This document shows, one piece after another, positions 1 through 7,892 of a DNA stretch of 64,000 nucleotides (positions are counted from its first letter, which is position 1; every line of letters begins with the position of its first letter). The position numbers and the translations under genes were made by a program. The notes under the pieces are model-generated. The model was not told where the DNA came from and did not search any database. It saw nothing but the letters and a program-made list of their open reading frames with translations. The DNA comes from Minisyncoccia bacterium (GTDB taxonomy: Bacteria; Patescibacteriota; Minisyncoccia; Phycocordibacterales; UBA5272), in the NCBI GenBank assembly GCA_038256975.1, contig JBBSJU010000002.1:65064-129063 (forward strand), in the 5' to 3' direction.

Positions 1-896
1 CAAAAGTTGCCACGAGCGAATCGCTTGCAGCTAAAATTGCTGAATCAAAAGATGAGCAAAAAGTTGAACGGCAAACAAAAGTAAAAATTGATGAGGAGGG
101 AGTTGATTTTCAATCTGTAATTGATGGTTCGTGGCACCGTTTTACTCCTGAGCGAAGTATGCAAATCCAGCATGCACTCGGCGCAGACATATTTTTTGCA
201 TTTGATGAATGCACATCACCCCTTGCGCCTCATGAATATCAAAAGAAAGCAATTGATCGTACCCATAGATGGGCCAAAAGAAGTCTCGATGAGCATCAAA
301 AACTAGGTGCGTCGCATTCAACAGGATTACAGCAAGCACTTTTTGGGGTCGTGCAAGGTGGTTCGTATGAAGATCTTCGTCGTGAATCTGCACGTACACT
401 TGGAGCTATGGATTTCGACGGTTTTGGAATAGGAGGATCATTTACGAAAGACGATATTGGTACTGCAGTGCGCTGGGTGTGCGAGGAACTCCCAGAAGGG
501 AAGCCACGACACTTACTTGGCATTGGTGAACCAATAGATTTTTTTTACGGTATAGAAAATGGTATTGATACTTTTGACTGCGTGTCTCCAACTCGTGTTG
601 CTCGTAATGGTGCGGCATATACATTTGATGGGCGTATAAATCTAAAAAACAAAGAGTACGTAGAGGACATATCTTCAATTGAACCTGAGCTTACAAACTA
701 CACTTCAACATTTACTCGAAGTTATATCGCGCACCTATTGCGTTCAAACGAAATACTTGCCGCGACACTTATTTCAATACACAATCTGCATTTTGTAGTT
801 ACTCTGGTGGCAAAGATTCGGCAGAGTATTTTAGATGGTACTTACACAGAATTCAAAGAGCAATTCCTCAAGCGGTACTATAAGAAAGTTGATTAA
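1..896 (+). CDS. tgt: queuine tRNA-ribosyltransferase (tRNA-guanine transglycosylase), 5'-truncated by the window edge
   Basis: The translation aligns with the Tgt C-terminal half: LLGIGEPID...GIDTFDCVSPTR catalytic region and RSYIAHLLRSNEILAATLISIHNLHF tail. The frame is open from the window start. The usual CxCxxC zinc motif appears replaced (ELTNYTSTFT). Confidence 0.8.
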   Translation, partial: KVATSESLAAKIAESKDEQKVERQTKVKIDEEGVDFQSVIDGSWHRFTPERSMQIQHALGADIFFAFDECTSPLAPHEYQKKAIDRTHRWAKRSLDEHQKLGASHSTGLQQALFGVVQGGSYEDLRRESARTLGAMDFDGFGIGGSFTKDDIGTAVRWVCEELPEGKPRHLLGIGEPIDFFYGIENGIDTFDCVSPTRVARNGAAYTFDGRINLKNKEYVEDISSIEPELTNYTSTFTRSYIAHLLRSNEILAATLISIHNLHFVVTLVAKIRQSILDGTYTEFKEQFLKRYYKKVD

Positions 897-933
897 GCTT
901 GAATTTTGTGTTATTGTAATAATCTCATAACAG

Positions 934-1212
934 TTGCTGGAGAAGGGTATGATTGGGTGGTATGTTCTTTTTGTTGTCATCGGAGGGATTTCTTTTTGGA
1001 CCCTGTGGTATTTTTGGAGGAAGCCCAAGAAGGCTAGATACAAGAAACCCTTACCTCCTGTGTTTGAGCCGGTGATGGGGCAACCCATCGAAATGGGTGT
1101 GGATCCTTTTCTTCCAAAAAAGAAGACCAATCCTTTTGGGGATTCTCAAATTTTGGACGAGCTCCAGCGAAATCCTCCAGACAGACTGGGTCTTGAACCC
1201 ATCGATGATTGA
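934..1212 (+). CDS. hypothetical small membrane protein
   Basis: 92-aa ORF with one N-terminal hydrophobic helix (WYVLFVVIGGISFWTLWYFW). No recognisable family. Confidence 0.35.
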   Translation: MLEKGMIGWYVLFVVIGGISFWTLWYFWRKPKKARYKKPLPPVFEPVMGQPIEMGVDPFLPKKKTNPFGDSQILDELQRNPPDRLGLEPIDD

Positions 1213-1271
1213 TTTCCACGACGCGCTCGGGCAACTTCGCTCGGCGCGTTCTTTATTATTTAAAAATCACA

Positions 1272-1299
1272 TTGACAAAAGCCTATTTTTTGCTATACT
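1272..1299 (+). promoter_or_regulatory. sigma70-like promoter (TTGACA-16-TATACT) upstream of a roughly 210-nt structured leader of murB
   Basis: TTGACA at 1272-1277, a 16-nt spacer, TATACT at 1294-1299. Downstream, a 9-bp stem (GGCTAGCGG 1463-1471 / CCGCTAGCC 1510-1518) ends 4 nt before the murB ATG. Confidence 0.35.
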
Positions 1300-1522
1300 T
1301 CTCAGTGTGAGTGGTGAAAGCTACTCACCAAAAACAAATGAATGTCCGCGTGAGCTCCGCCGCAAGGCGGATTTCGCGTATCCGGGCATTGCTTGACGGT
1401 GTCTTGTAAAAAACTGATTTCTTGTTAGAGTTACAGAAGAGGTTTTGTTTGTTTCTATCCGTGGCTAGCGGCTGCACTCACATTAGGACATTTGTTTTTG
1501 GAGTAGACCCCGCTAGCCTCGA

Positions 1523-2551
1523 ATGGAAATACAGCACGAAGTGTCTCTAAAAGGTCATACGACTTTTAAAACAGGCGGGTTTGCTCGCCTGTTTTGTTGT
1601 GTTACTACGAGAAATGAATTGGAAGGGGCTATAGAGTATGCAGAGATACAAAAGATTCCTTTTTATGTTTTAGGAAGCGGTTCAAATGTTTTAGTAAGTG
1701 AAAAAGGATTTGAGGGACTAGCAATTAAAATTGCGATACAAGGAATTTCTTTTATGGATCATGGCGCTGATACAGTACGTATGTCTGTAGAAGCCGGAAT
1801 GTCTTGGGATGAGTGTGTCCAAGTTGTTGTTGAGCGTGGATTGTACGGACTTGAAAATCTTTCACTTATTCCTGGAACTGTTGGAGCAGCACCAATTCAA
1901 AACATCGGTGCCTACGGAGTCGAGGTGAAAGATTCTATAGAATCAGTTGAGGTTTTTAATATTGAAACAAAATCTTTTGAAACCTTTACAAAAGAAATGT
2001 GCCAATTTGGATATCGAGATAGTCTTTTTAAGAAAAGAGAAGGGAAAAAATATATTGTAGTTGGGGTACGATTTCTTCTCTCTAGAAAAGGAGTACTTAA
2101 AACAGAATACAAAGATGTGCAGAATTATTTTAAAGAAAATGGTGGAGAGGTAACACTTCAATCCGTACGTGATGCAATTATACATATTCGTACTCACAAA
2201 CTGCCAAATCTTGAACTTCTCGGAACTGCTGGTTCGTTTTTCAAAAATCCTGTAGTCAAAAGAGAGGTGATTGAGAATTTGCAAAAAGATTTCCCCCTCA
2301 TTCCTAGCTATCCCACAGAAAAAATTGATTATGTAAAAACCTCCGCCGCTTTTTTGATTGATAAGATTGCTGGTTTAAAAGGTGCACGGGATGGTGATGT
2401 GGGCACGTATCAAAACCAAGCTCTTGTTTTGGTGAATTATGGAAATACTACTGGAGAAGCTGTCCTTGCCTTTGCGCACAAAATTCAAAAAGAGGTTTTA
2501 GAAAAAACAAGAATTGTGATTGAGCCAGAAGTGCAAACACTTGGTTTTTAG
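1523..2551 (+). CDS. murB: UDP-N-acetylenolpyruvoylglucosamine reductase
   Basis: 342 aa. FAD-binding domain signature (FYVLGSGSNVLVSEKGFEGLAIKI) and MurB C-terminal domain. Confidence 0.85.
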   Translation: MEIQHEVSLKGHTTFKTGGFARLFCCVTTRNELEGAIEYAEIQKIPFYVLGSGSNVLVSEKGFEGLAIKIAIQGISFMDHGADTVRMSVEAGMSWDECVQVVVERGLYGLENLSLIPGTVGAAPIQNIGAYGVEVKDSIESVEVFNIETKSFETFTKEMCQFGYRDSLFKKREGKKYIVVGVRFLLSRKGVLKTEYKDVQNYFKENGGEVTLQSVRDAIIHIRTHKLPNLELLGTAGSFFKNPVVKREVIENLQKDFPLIPSYPTEKIDYVKTSAAFLIDKIAGLKGARDGDVGTYQNQALVLVNYGNTTGEAVLAFAHKIQKEVLEKTRIVIEPEVQTLGF

Positions 2552-2661
2552 TAGATTTCTTTTCTATTATCGCACCATTTTTACTCACAGTATTTTTTCT
2601 TTGCCATACCTCGCCCAGCCCAAAGAAAAAACATTGTTCGTTCCTGGTGCAACTAAGGTTT

Positions 2662-3840
2662 TTAATTTATTTGAGTCTCTAAAGAAAGTCTGCCATTTGC
2701 ACGTATTGTCTCTGGCATTGAGGCTTGCATAGCATTTTTAATTTTTAGAAGTGCTGTGATTCCAATCATGAGTGCGTTGTCGGTTGATAAGTGTCGTTCT
2801 GGAATGTAGGCATGTACGCCAAGTTCTGCACACAGTGTTTGAATGTGTTCTCGAATGTATGTATTCGCAGACACGCCGCCGCCAATGATAAGTGTTTGTG
2901 CATTTGTATTTTGTAACGCTTTTCTACATTTTGAAATCAGTACTTCAGTAACAGCGTCTTCAAACTCGCGTGCGATTGCTTTTTTATCATCGTCGCTTAG
3001 AATTTTAAGTTTTTGAGTAAGGTAGAGTACCGCTGTCTTTATTCCAGAGAAAGAAAAATGAAGGTCACCCGAATGAATCATGGGACGAGGAAGTACTGGC
3101 ACTCGGTCGTTTACTAGATTTTCAGTACGTGCTTCTGCTGCGAGTTTAGAGATCTTTGGTCCGCCAGGATATTCAAGTCCAAGTAAGCGAGCTACTTTAT
3201 CAAATGCTTCACCAATTGCATCGTCGCGTGTCTCGCCAATTTTTGCATATGTTCCAAATTTTTCTATGTGGATGAGTTCAGTGTGTCCGCCTGAAATAAG
3301 AAGCGCAAGAGCGGGAAATGAGAGGCTCGGCACCGTGTATCCTTCACTATGTTTTTCAAGTACAGAAGAATAAATATGTCCCTCCATGTGGTTTATTGGA
3401 TAGAGTGGAAGGTTCCAGAGAGTGGAAAGCGCTTTGGCAAAATTAATGCCCACCCAAAGCGCAGGTTCAAGCCCAGGTCCGCTGGTTACAGCTATTGCAT
3501 CTACTGCTGGTTTTTGCCATGTTAAAACTTCAGGGAGTGCTTCAAGGAGTTCTGGTTCTTGGGGAAATAGGGAAATGAAAGATTCGGGCATTGCAATAGG
3601 TGTTCGGAGATTTAAAAGCTTGGCTTCGGTTAATGTTGTTTTGAGAAGTGGTACAAGTGCTTTAGCATGTTCTCGTTTAGCAACGGCGGGAAATACACCA
3701 CCATACTCTTTATGCATATCTATTTGTGAAAGCACTTGATTTACAAGTACGGTAAAAGAAAGAGGGGTAGTATTTCCGCTTGATTCGATAATGCTGAGTG
3801 CTGTTTCGTCGCAGCTTGTTTCAATAGCCAAAATTCGCAT
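2662..3840 (-). CDS. tsaD: tRNA N6-adenosine threonylcarbamoyltransferase (Kae1/TsaD family)
   Basis: MRILAIETSCDETALSI N-terminus, HMEGHIYS metal-binding motif, GGVSAN motif. 392 aa. Confidence 0.85.
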   Translation of the reverse strand: MRILAIETSCDETALSIIESSGNTTPLSFTVLVNQVLSQIDMHKEYGGVFPAVAKREHAKALVPLLKTTLTEAKLLNLRTPIAMPESFISLFPQEPELLEALPEVLTWQKPAVDAIAVTSGPGLEPALWVGINFAKALSTLWNLPLYPINHMEGHIYSSVLEKHSEGYTVPSLSFPALALLISGGHTELIHIEKFGTYAKIGETRDDAIGEAFDKVARLLGLEYPGGPKISKLAAEARTENLVNDRVPVLPRPMIHSGDLHFSFSGIKTAVLYLTQKLKILSDDDKKAIAREFEDAVTEVLISKCRKALQNTNAQTLIIGGGVSANTYIREHIQTLCAELGVHAYIPERHLSTDNALMIGITALLKIKNAMQASMPETIRANGRLSLETQIN

Positions 3841-3973
3841 ATGGGTATACTAGCATAGACTTGTTTTAAAATTTATCTAAAAATACAAATAAAAAAACCT
3901 CATAACGCTGCGTTACGGGTTGCTTTTTGCTCGAACTTTTCGAGCGGTATGTTGGATTCTTTAATCAGTAGGT

Positions 3974-4007
3974 GATCGGCGGCCGGATGATCATCCGGCC
4001 GCCGATC
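3974..4007. terminator. perfect 34-bp GC-rich palindrome (GATCGGCGGCCGGATGATCATCCGGCCGCCGATC) at the 3' side of the GC-rich islet gene
   Basis: Read directly in the sequence. It lies 45 nt downstream of the minus-strand stop at 4052, at the compositional boundary. Confidence 0.5.
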
Positions 4008-4051
4008 AATTGCGAGCTACTTACCATTACTGGTTTTCACCCGCAGTTGCT

Positions 4052-4624
4052 TCAGGACATGCCCTTGGTGGGGATCGGCACGATGCCGACGATGGAGCGG
4101 TTGACCTGCTTGAGCTCGCCGGAGGCCAGGCGCTGGTCGAGGTCGTTGTTCACGGCCAGGAGGAGCTTGGTCTCGTAGGCGAGGCCGCTCGTCTTGTAGT
4201 CGTCGAACGTGACCAGACCGGTCTTCAGAGCGTACGCGTCGATGTCGCCGATGCCGAGCATTGCAGCCTTGTCGGTCACACTGACCACCTCGGTCTCGGC
4301 CAGGCGTTCCGGCGTCGTGACCTTGTGCTTCAGCGCGACTGCCTTCAGCGTGTTGTACTCGGCCTGGTAGCGGACGAGGACCGTCTTGGCGGACGGACCG
4401 AAGAACGTCGCCAGATCGGTGATCGCCTTGATTTCGTCGTTCACCGCGATGGCGACGTTGCTGTCGAGCTTGCCGAAGAGGTTGATGTCCGTGTTCTGGT
4501 TGAAGGTCGTCGCAATCTGCTCGCCACTCACCGTATCGACGGCGACAGCGGCGTTGGCAGCGGTGCCTGCGACAGCCAGCGAGATGGCCATGGCAAGAAC
4601 GATCGTACGGGTGTTCGTCTTCAT
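4052..4624 (-). CDS. secreted protein of unknown function (signal peptide) encoded in the GC-rich islet
   Basis: 190 aa. N-terminus MKTNTRTIVLAMAISLAVAGTAANAAV fits a Sec signal peptide. Codon usage is high-GC, unlike the neighbouring genes. Confidence 0.55.
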   Translation of the reverse strand: MKTNTRTIVLAMAISLAVAGTAANAAVAVDTVSGEQIATTFNQNTDINLFGKLDSNVAIAVNDEIKAITDLATFFGPSAKTVLVRYQAEYNTLKAVALKHKVTTPERLAETEVVSVTDKAAMLGIGDIDAYALKTGLVTFDDYKTSGLAYETKLLLAVNNDLDQRLASGELKQVNRSIVGIVPIPTKGMS

Positions 4625-4887
4625 CGGGTATTTCTCCGTTTTGGGTTGGTTGGTGGCGCCAGCATCGCAATCGACTGTGTCGGTTTAGCGAGTAGCAGGG
4701 TAGGTACCTTAAAAAGATACGCACTCTGCTACTCGCTACTGCCTAATTGATTAAGTGAAAGAGCTAAAAATAAAAACGAGCTCACTTGAGCTGTTGAACA
4801 ATATAGCAGGGTACTAAGTTTTTGTCAAACATTTTATGGACAATCCAAAAATCCGTTGTATTTCAAGGATTAATTAGTAAGAATACC

Positions 4888-4936
4888 GTTTTTATTTGAA
4901 AAGAGGGTGTTTCAACTATCTCGTTGAAACACCCTC
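4888..4936 (-). terminator. intrinsic terminator of the 4942..5142 gene
   Basis: 14-bp stem GAGGGTGTTTCAAC/GTTGAAACACCCTC (4903-4936), followed on the minus strand by UUUUCAAAUAAAAA. Confidence 0.6.
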
Positions 4937-4941
4937 GCTTT

Positions 4942-5142
4942 CTATATGATTTCTTGTACATTGACGACTCCGTTGTTTGTAAAAACCTCCACTTGTTGAA
5001 CTAGATCTTCTTCTGTACCAGTAAAGACCAGAAAGAGCCGTTCTGAATCAAGTCTTTGTCCACCGAGCCCAAGTGTTTGAGTGTCTTCGTAAGCACTTAC
5101 ACAATCCGCCCGTGTCTCAAAATAGGCAATAAAAATCTTCAC
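4942..5142 (-). CDS. hypothetical small protein
   Basis: 66-aa ORF with its own terminator. No recognised family. Confidence 0.35.
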   Translation of the reverse strand: MKIFIAYFETRADCVSAYEDTQTLGLGGQRLDSERLFLVFTGTEEDLVQQVEVFTNNGVVNVQEII

Positions 5143-5221
5143 GACACATCCTCCTTTGGGTTAGCTTAGAAGACCATTCTTATAAGCTAAGAATATAATA
5201 TCACTTATTCAGTTAGAGTAT

Positions 5222-5743
5222 TTACAATTGTGAATCTGTATAAGCATAAGACAGTTTGTTGTATTCATCTGTATGATAAGAGCAAATACCTTTATTATTC
5301 CAAAGTAAGAATTCAGAAATACCTACATCAAGTGCGAATCTGCTACACACGGTGCAATACGGCTCTCCTGACTTTTTTATATTTCCGTCCTTATCAACTC
5401 GAGTGAAATATAATTGAGAACCCTTTAAGTCTTCAGGATTTTTCTTTATTGCATCGAGAATAGCTCTCCATTCTGCGTGCATGCAACAGGTATGATCGTA
5501 TTTTGGTTTTCCTGGAAACTCATAAGTATCCAAGCATGTGCGATTATTCTCGTTATCAAGCGGAGGAGCATTATATCCTTCACCTATAATTTCTCCGTCT
5601 TTTACGATTACCGTTCCACACTTTGCTTTGAGACAAAGAGCTTTCTCGGCGACCTTAGCCGCCTCATTCATCCACTCGATCGCCTGTTCTTCTTCTGTGT
5701 TTTGCAAATATTTCATGGCAGTTTGAATCCCTTTATGGCTCAC
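5222..5743 (-). CDS. CMP/dCMP-type zinc deaminase (dCMP deaminase-like)
   Basis: HAEWRAI (H-x-E zinc/catalytic motif) and PCTVCS (PC-x-x-C) motifs. 173 aa. Confidence 0.7.
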   Translation of the reverse strand: MSHKGIQTAMKYLQNTEEEQAIEWMNEAAKVAEKALCLKAKCGTVIVKDGEIIGEGYNAPPLDNENNRTCLDTYEFPGKPKYDHTCCMHAEWRAILDAIKKNPEDLKGSQLYFTRVDKDGNIKKSGEPYCTVCSRFALDVGISEFLLWNNKGICSYHTDEYNKLSYAYTDSQL

Positions 5744-5768
5744 TCATTTTATCACTTTCTAAAGCTGC

Positions 5769-5858
5769 TGGCGGAGACGGAGAGATTTGAACTCTCGAAC
5801 AAGTTGCCTCGTTGCTTGTTTTCGAAACAAGTGCCTTCAACCACTCAGCCACGTCTCC
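5769..5858 (-). tRNA. tRNA-Ser (anticodon CGA), type II, with encoded CCA
   Basis: Minus-strand sequence GGAGACGTGGCTGAGTGGTTGAAGGCACTTGTTTCGAAAACAAG...GAGAGTTCAAATCTCTCCGTCTCCGCCA. 7-bp acceptor, Ser-type D-loop, anticodon loop UUCGAAA, long variable arm, T-arm GAGAG/UUCAAAU/CUCUC. Confidence 0.8.
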
Positions 5859-5925
5859 AAATTCCATATACGTTATAACAGTTTTATTGTCTTTTTTCAA
5901 AAATGTAGTATATTTGGATGTATTC

Positions 5926-5997
5926 GGCCCTATCGTCTAATGGTTAGGACAGCGGGTTTTCAATCCGTCAATCGGAGTTCGACTCTCCGTAGGGTCA
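5926..5997 (+). tRNA. tRNA-Glu (anticodon TTC)
   Basis: GGCCCTATCGTCTAATGGTTAGGACAGCGGGTTTTCAATCCGTCAATCGGAGTTCGACTCTCCGTAGGGTCA. Glu-like D-arm, anticodon loop UUUUCAA, T-arm CGGAG/UUCGACU/CUCCG. 72 nt, no encoded CCA. Confidence 0.8.
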
Positions 5998-6174
5998 CAT
6001 TAGTATCAATCTTCGAACATATGGTGACGGTCAAGAACGCCTTGCAAAAGCAAGGTGTTCTTGATGTGTGCCTGCCATCACGGTTACCGTGATGGTCGGT
6101 ATCCACAGACACTTGAAGAAAACTCGAATTTCTTTGCTAGGAATGTGTAAGGGTGGTAACCACACCCGCAATCA

Positions 6175-6370
6175 TATGGAGCAACAACAACCAACACCAC
6201 GGAAGGTACATCTTGAAGCAGAACGCGAACGCGCACGTAGAGCAATCCGTGAAGTCATCGACGGATTCGACTCTGTAGAAAAGACAACGTTCCCACCAAG
6301 ACGTCCTCTCGGAAGAGTCAAGAAGTCAGTACCGGCAGCTCCTCTATGGGATGCTTTGATGAAGCTCTAG
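6175..6370 (+). CDS. hypothetical small protein (start uncertain; the listed ORF begins at 6068 but its 5' part overlaps two strong hairpins)
   Basis: ORF 6068..6370. Internal ATG at 6175 (MEQQQPTPRK...). Arg/Lys-rich. No family recognised. Confidence 0.25.
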
Positions 6371-6391
6371 GTGAATTCATTCAGTGATTGA

Positions 6392-6437
6392 CCCCGAAGA
6401 AACCCGCGACGTGTGCACGGGTTTCTTCGGGGTCTTT
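6392..6437. terminator. bidirectional intrinsic terminator between convergent genes
   Basis: CCCCGAAGAAACCCG (11-nt loop) CGGGTTTCTTCGGGG, followed by TCTTT. Confidence 0.6.
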
Positions 6438-6454
6438 AATAAACACAGAAAACT

Positions 6455-7033
6455 TTAACCAACCTGTCTGACCCAATCTCTGGTAATGCTTTCAATTCGC
6501 TCTTGCTCTAATTCAGGTAAGACGTTCGTATGCATGATGATGTTTCTTGAGAGCTCAAGATCATTAAATCTAGAGTTGACCCACGCTTGATCTGGGAAAA
6601 GATCAGAGAAATCTTCCCAGTTTCCAATTATTATCTGAGCCAGATTTCCGAACATAGTATAATAAATTAAAGATGAAGATGAAGACCTTTGCGTGTGGTA
6701 TTTATTTTTTGCTTCCTTTTCTTTTAAACCACTAGCTGCCTTTTTAACTCTTTCAGGAACACATAAATCCCACCAACCTAAACCTTGCCGCTCTGCTAGC
6801 CGAGTAGATATCAGTTCTCTGGCAGAGTTTTCCAAGCAGAAAAAGGCCACATATACTGACGCCATCTTTTCAGCATCATGGACCAGAACTGGATTAAAGT
6901 CATTTTCTTCAATTCTGGCTAACGGGCTAACATCAACATGTAAACCGATTCCCGTGTTTTCCAGCTTTTTCAACTCGTCTTGTGCTAGAAAACCATCGAA
7001 GACTAACCTTTTAAGGTGGCTTATTTTTTTCAT
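6455..7033 (-). CDS. HEPN-motif protein (R-x4-H near C-terminus); putative RNase toxin/abortive-infection effector
   Basis: 192 aa. The C-terminal helix carries LSRNIIMHTNV (R-x4-H), the HEPN catalytic signature. The start codon shares a nucleotide with the stop of the upstream partner at 7033. Confidence 0.5.
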   Translation of the reverse strand: MKKISHLKRLVFDGFLAQDELKKLENTGIGLHVDVSPLARIEENDFNPVLVHDAEKMASVYVAFFCLENSARELISTRLAERQGLGWWDLCVPERVKKAASGLKEKEAKNKYHTQRSSSSSLIYYTMFGNLAQIIIGNWEDFSDLFPDQAWVNSRFNDLELSRNIIMHTNVLPELEQERIESITRDWVRQVG

Positions 7034-7644
7034 TATTCCAATAAGTTATCTCTAATGCTTTTGAAGATAGAATTATAAACACTCACGTCCGTGGTAGCGG
7101 GTAAGTGAATCTGAATGTTGTAATGAAACTCTGCAGGAAGTCCAGAAACAACGAGTGGTTTTTCTTTTCGAATCCCTTCCTCGCTTTCTTTAAAGTCAGT
7201 TTTAATTTCTTTTGGTTGAGGAGAGTCACCAAATTTAGATAATCCAACAAGTGCTTTGAATGTATTGTAATACCGTCCAACAGTCGCCTCATCCTTACCT
7301 GTAATTCGAGAAAATGCCCCCTTTATCTCAACCTCTGATGCCTTATGGATTTCTTGGTCTGTTGCAAATAAATCTTTATATAAATCAATGACTCTTTCGC
7401 CCATTACGTATTGATGTTGAGAGGCATCTTTTAGCCGATCATACGAATCAGTGGGAGTTGCAGCTTCTGTTAGAAAACCTAGTTTCTTTAAAAGAGGAAT
7501 TATGGCTCTATCATTGGAACTACCAAACCCCATTTGCTTAAGAAACTCATTTGTATACTTTATTGGCCTAGCGGCAGCTTTTGCTTTCTGAAAAAAAGCA
7601 GGAAGTCTGTTATTGGAAATAACGTATGGATATGTGTCAGTCAT
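7033..7644 (-). CDS. partner of the HEPN-motif protein (hypothetical; possible antitoxin/sensor)
   Basis: 203-aa ORF that overlaps the downstream HEPN gene by one nucleotide. No known domain recognised. Confidence 0.45.
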   Translation of the reverse strand: MTDTYPYVISNNRLPAFFQKAKAAARPIKYTNEFLKQMGFGSSNDRAIIPLLKKLGFLTEAATPTDSYDRLKDASQHQYVMGERVIDLYKDLFATDQEIHKASEVEIKGAFSRITGKDEATVGRYYNTFKALVGLSKFGDSPQPKEIKTDFKESEEGIRKEKPLVVSGLPAEFHYNIQIHLPATTDVSVYNSIFKSIRDNLLE

Positions 7645-7892
7645 GTTTTATATTTAGACTTATTATTCTATATAATAATCTTATACCTCATAGCAATATA
7701 AATCAATGAGTCAGATATTATGTCAACTATGGGGTGCTGTCCGGTATTGGATTAGTATTTTCACTATTGGAATCAAGTACTTCACGCACTGCAGTTCGAC
7801 ATCTGTCTCGATTAGGTTCACAAATACAAAAAAGAGCTACGACCACAAAGTGCAAAATGGCGATATAATCAGTATATAGCCTTAATTACGTC

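Larger units (their letters stand above)
3950..4760. other. GC-rich compositional islet (much higher GC than flanks) carrying one secreted-protein gene
   Basis: GC rises abruptly after the palindrome at 3974 and drops again near 4750. The six-frame track shows long overlapping spurious ORFs on both strands, which is typical of high GC. The islet is flanked by imperfect inverted 8-12-mers: CTTAATCAGTAG at 3960 and CTAATTGATTAAG at 4741. Confidence 0.55.

Noticed and set aside
4010-4750. Long ORFs 4010..4750 (+) and 4017..4724 (-) in the six-frame track
   Set aside because: They overlap each other and the signal-peptide gene 4052..4624 in other frames. Arg/Ala/Gly-rich nonsense translations like these are typical of spurious ORFs in GC-rich DNA. 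Only the ORF with a credible signal peptide was kept.
5477-6092. ORFs 5477..5878 (+), 5538..5726 (+), 5787..6092 (+)
   Set aside because: They lie antisense to the deaminase gene or run straight through the two tRNA genes (5769-5858, 5926-5997). The tRNA folds are far better supported.
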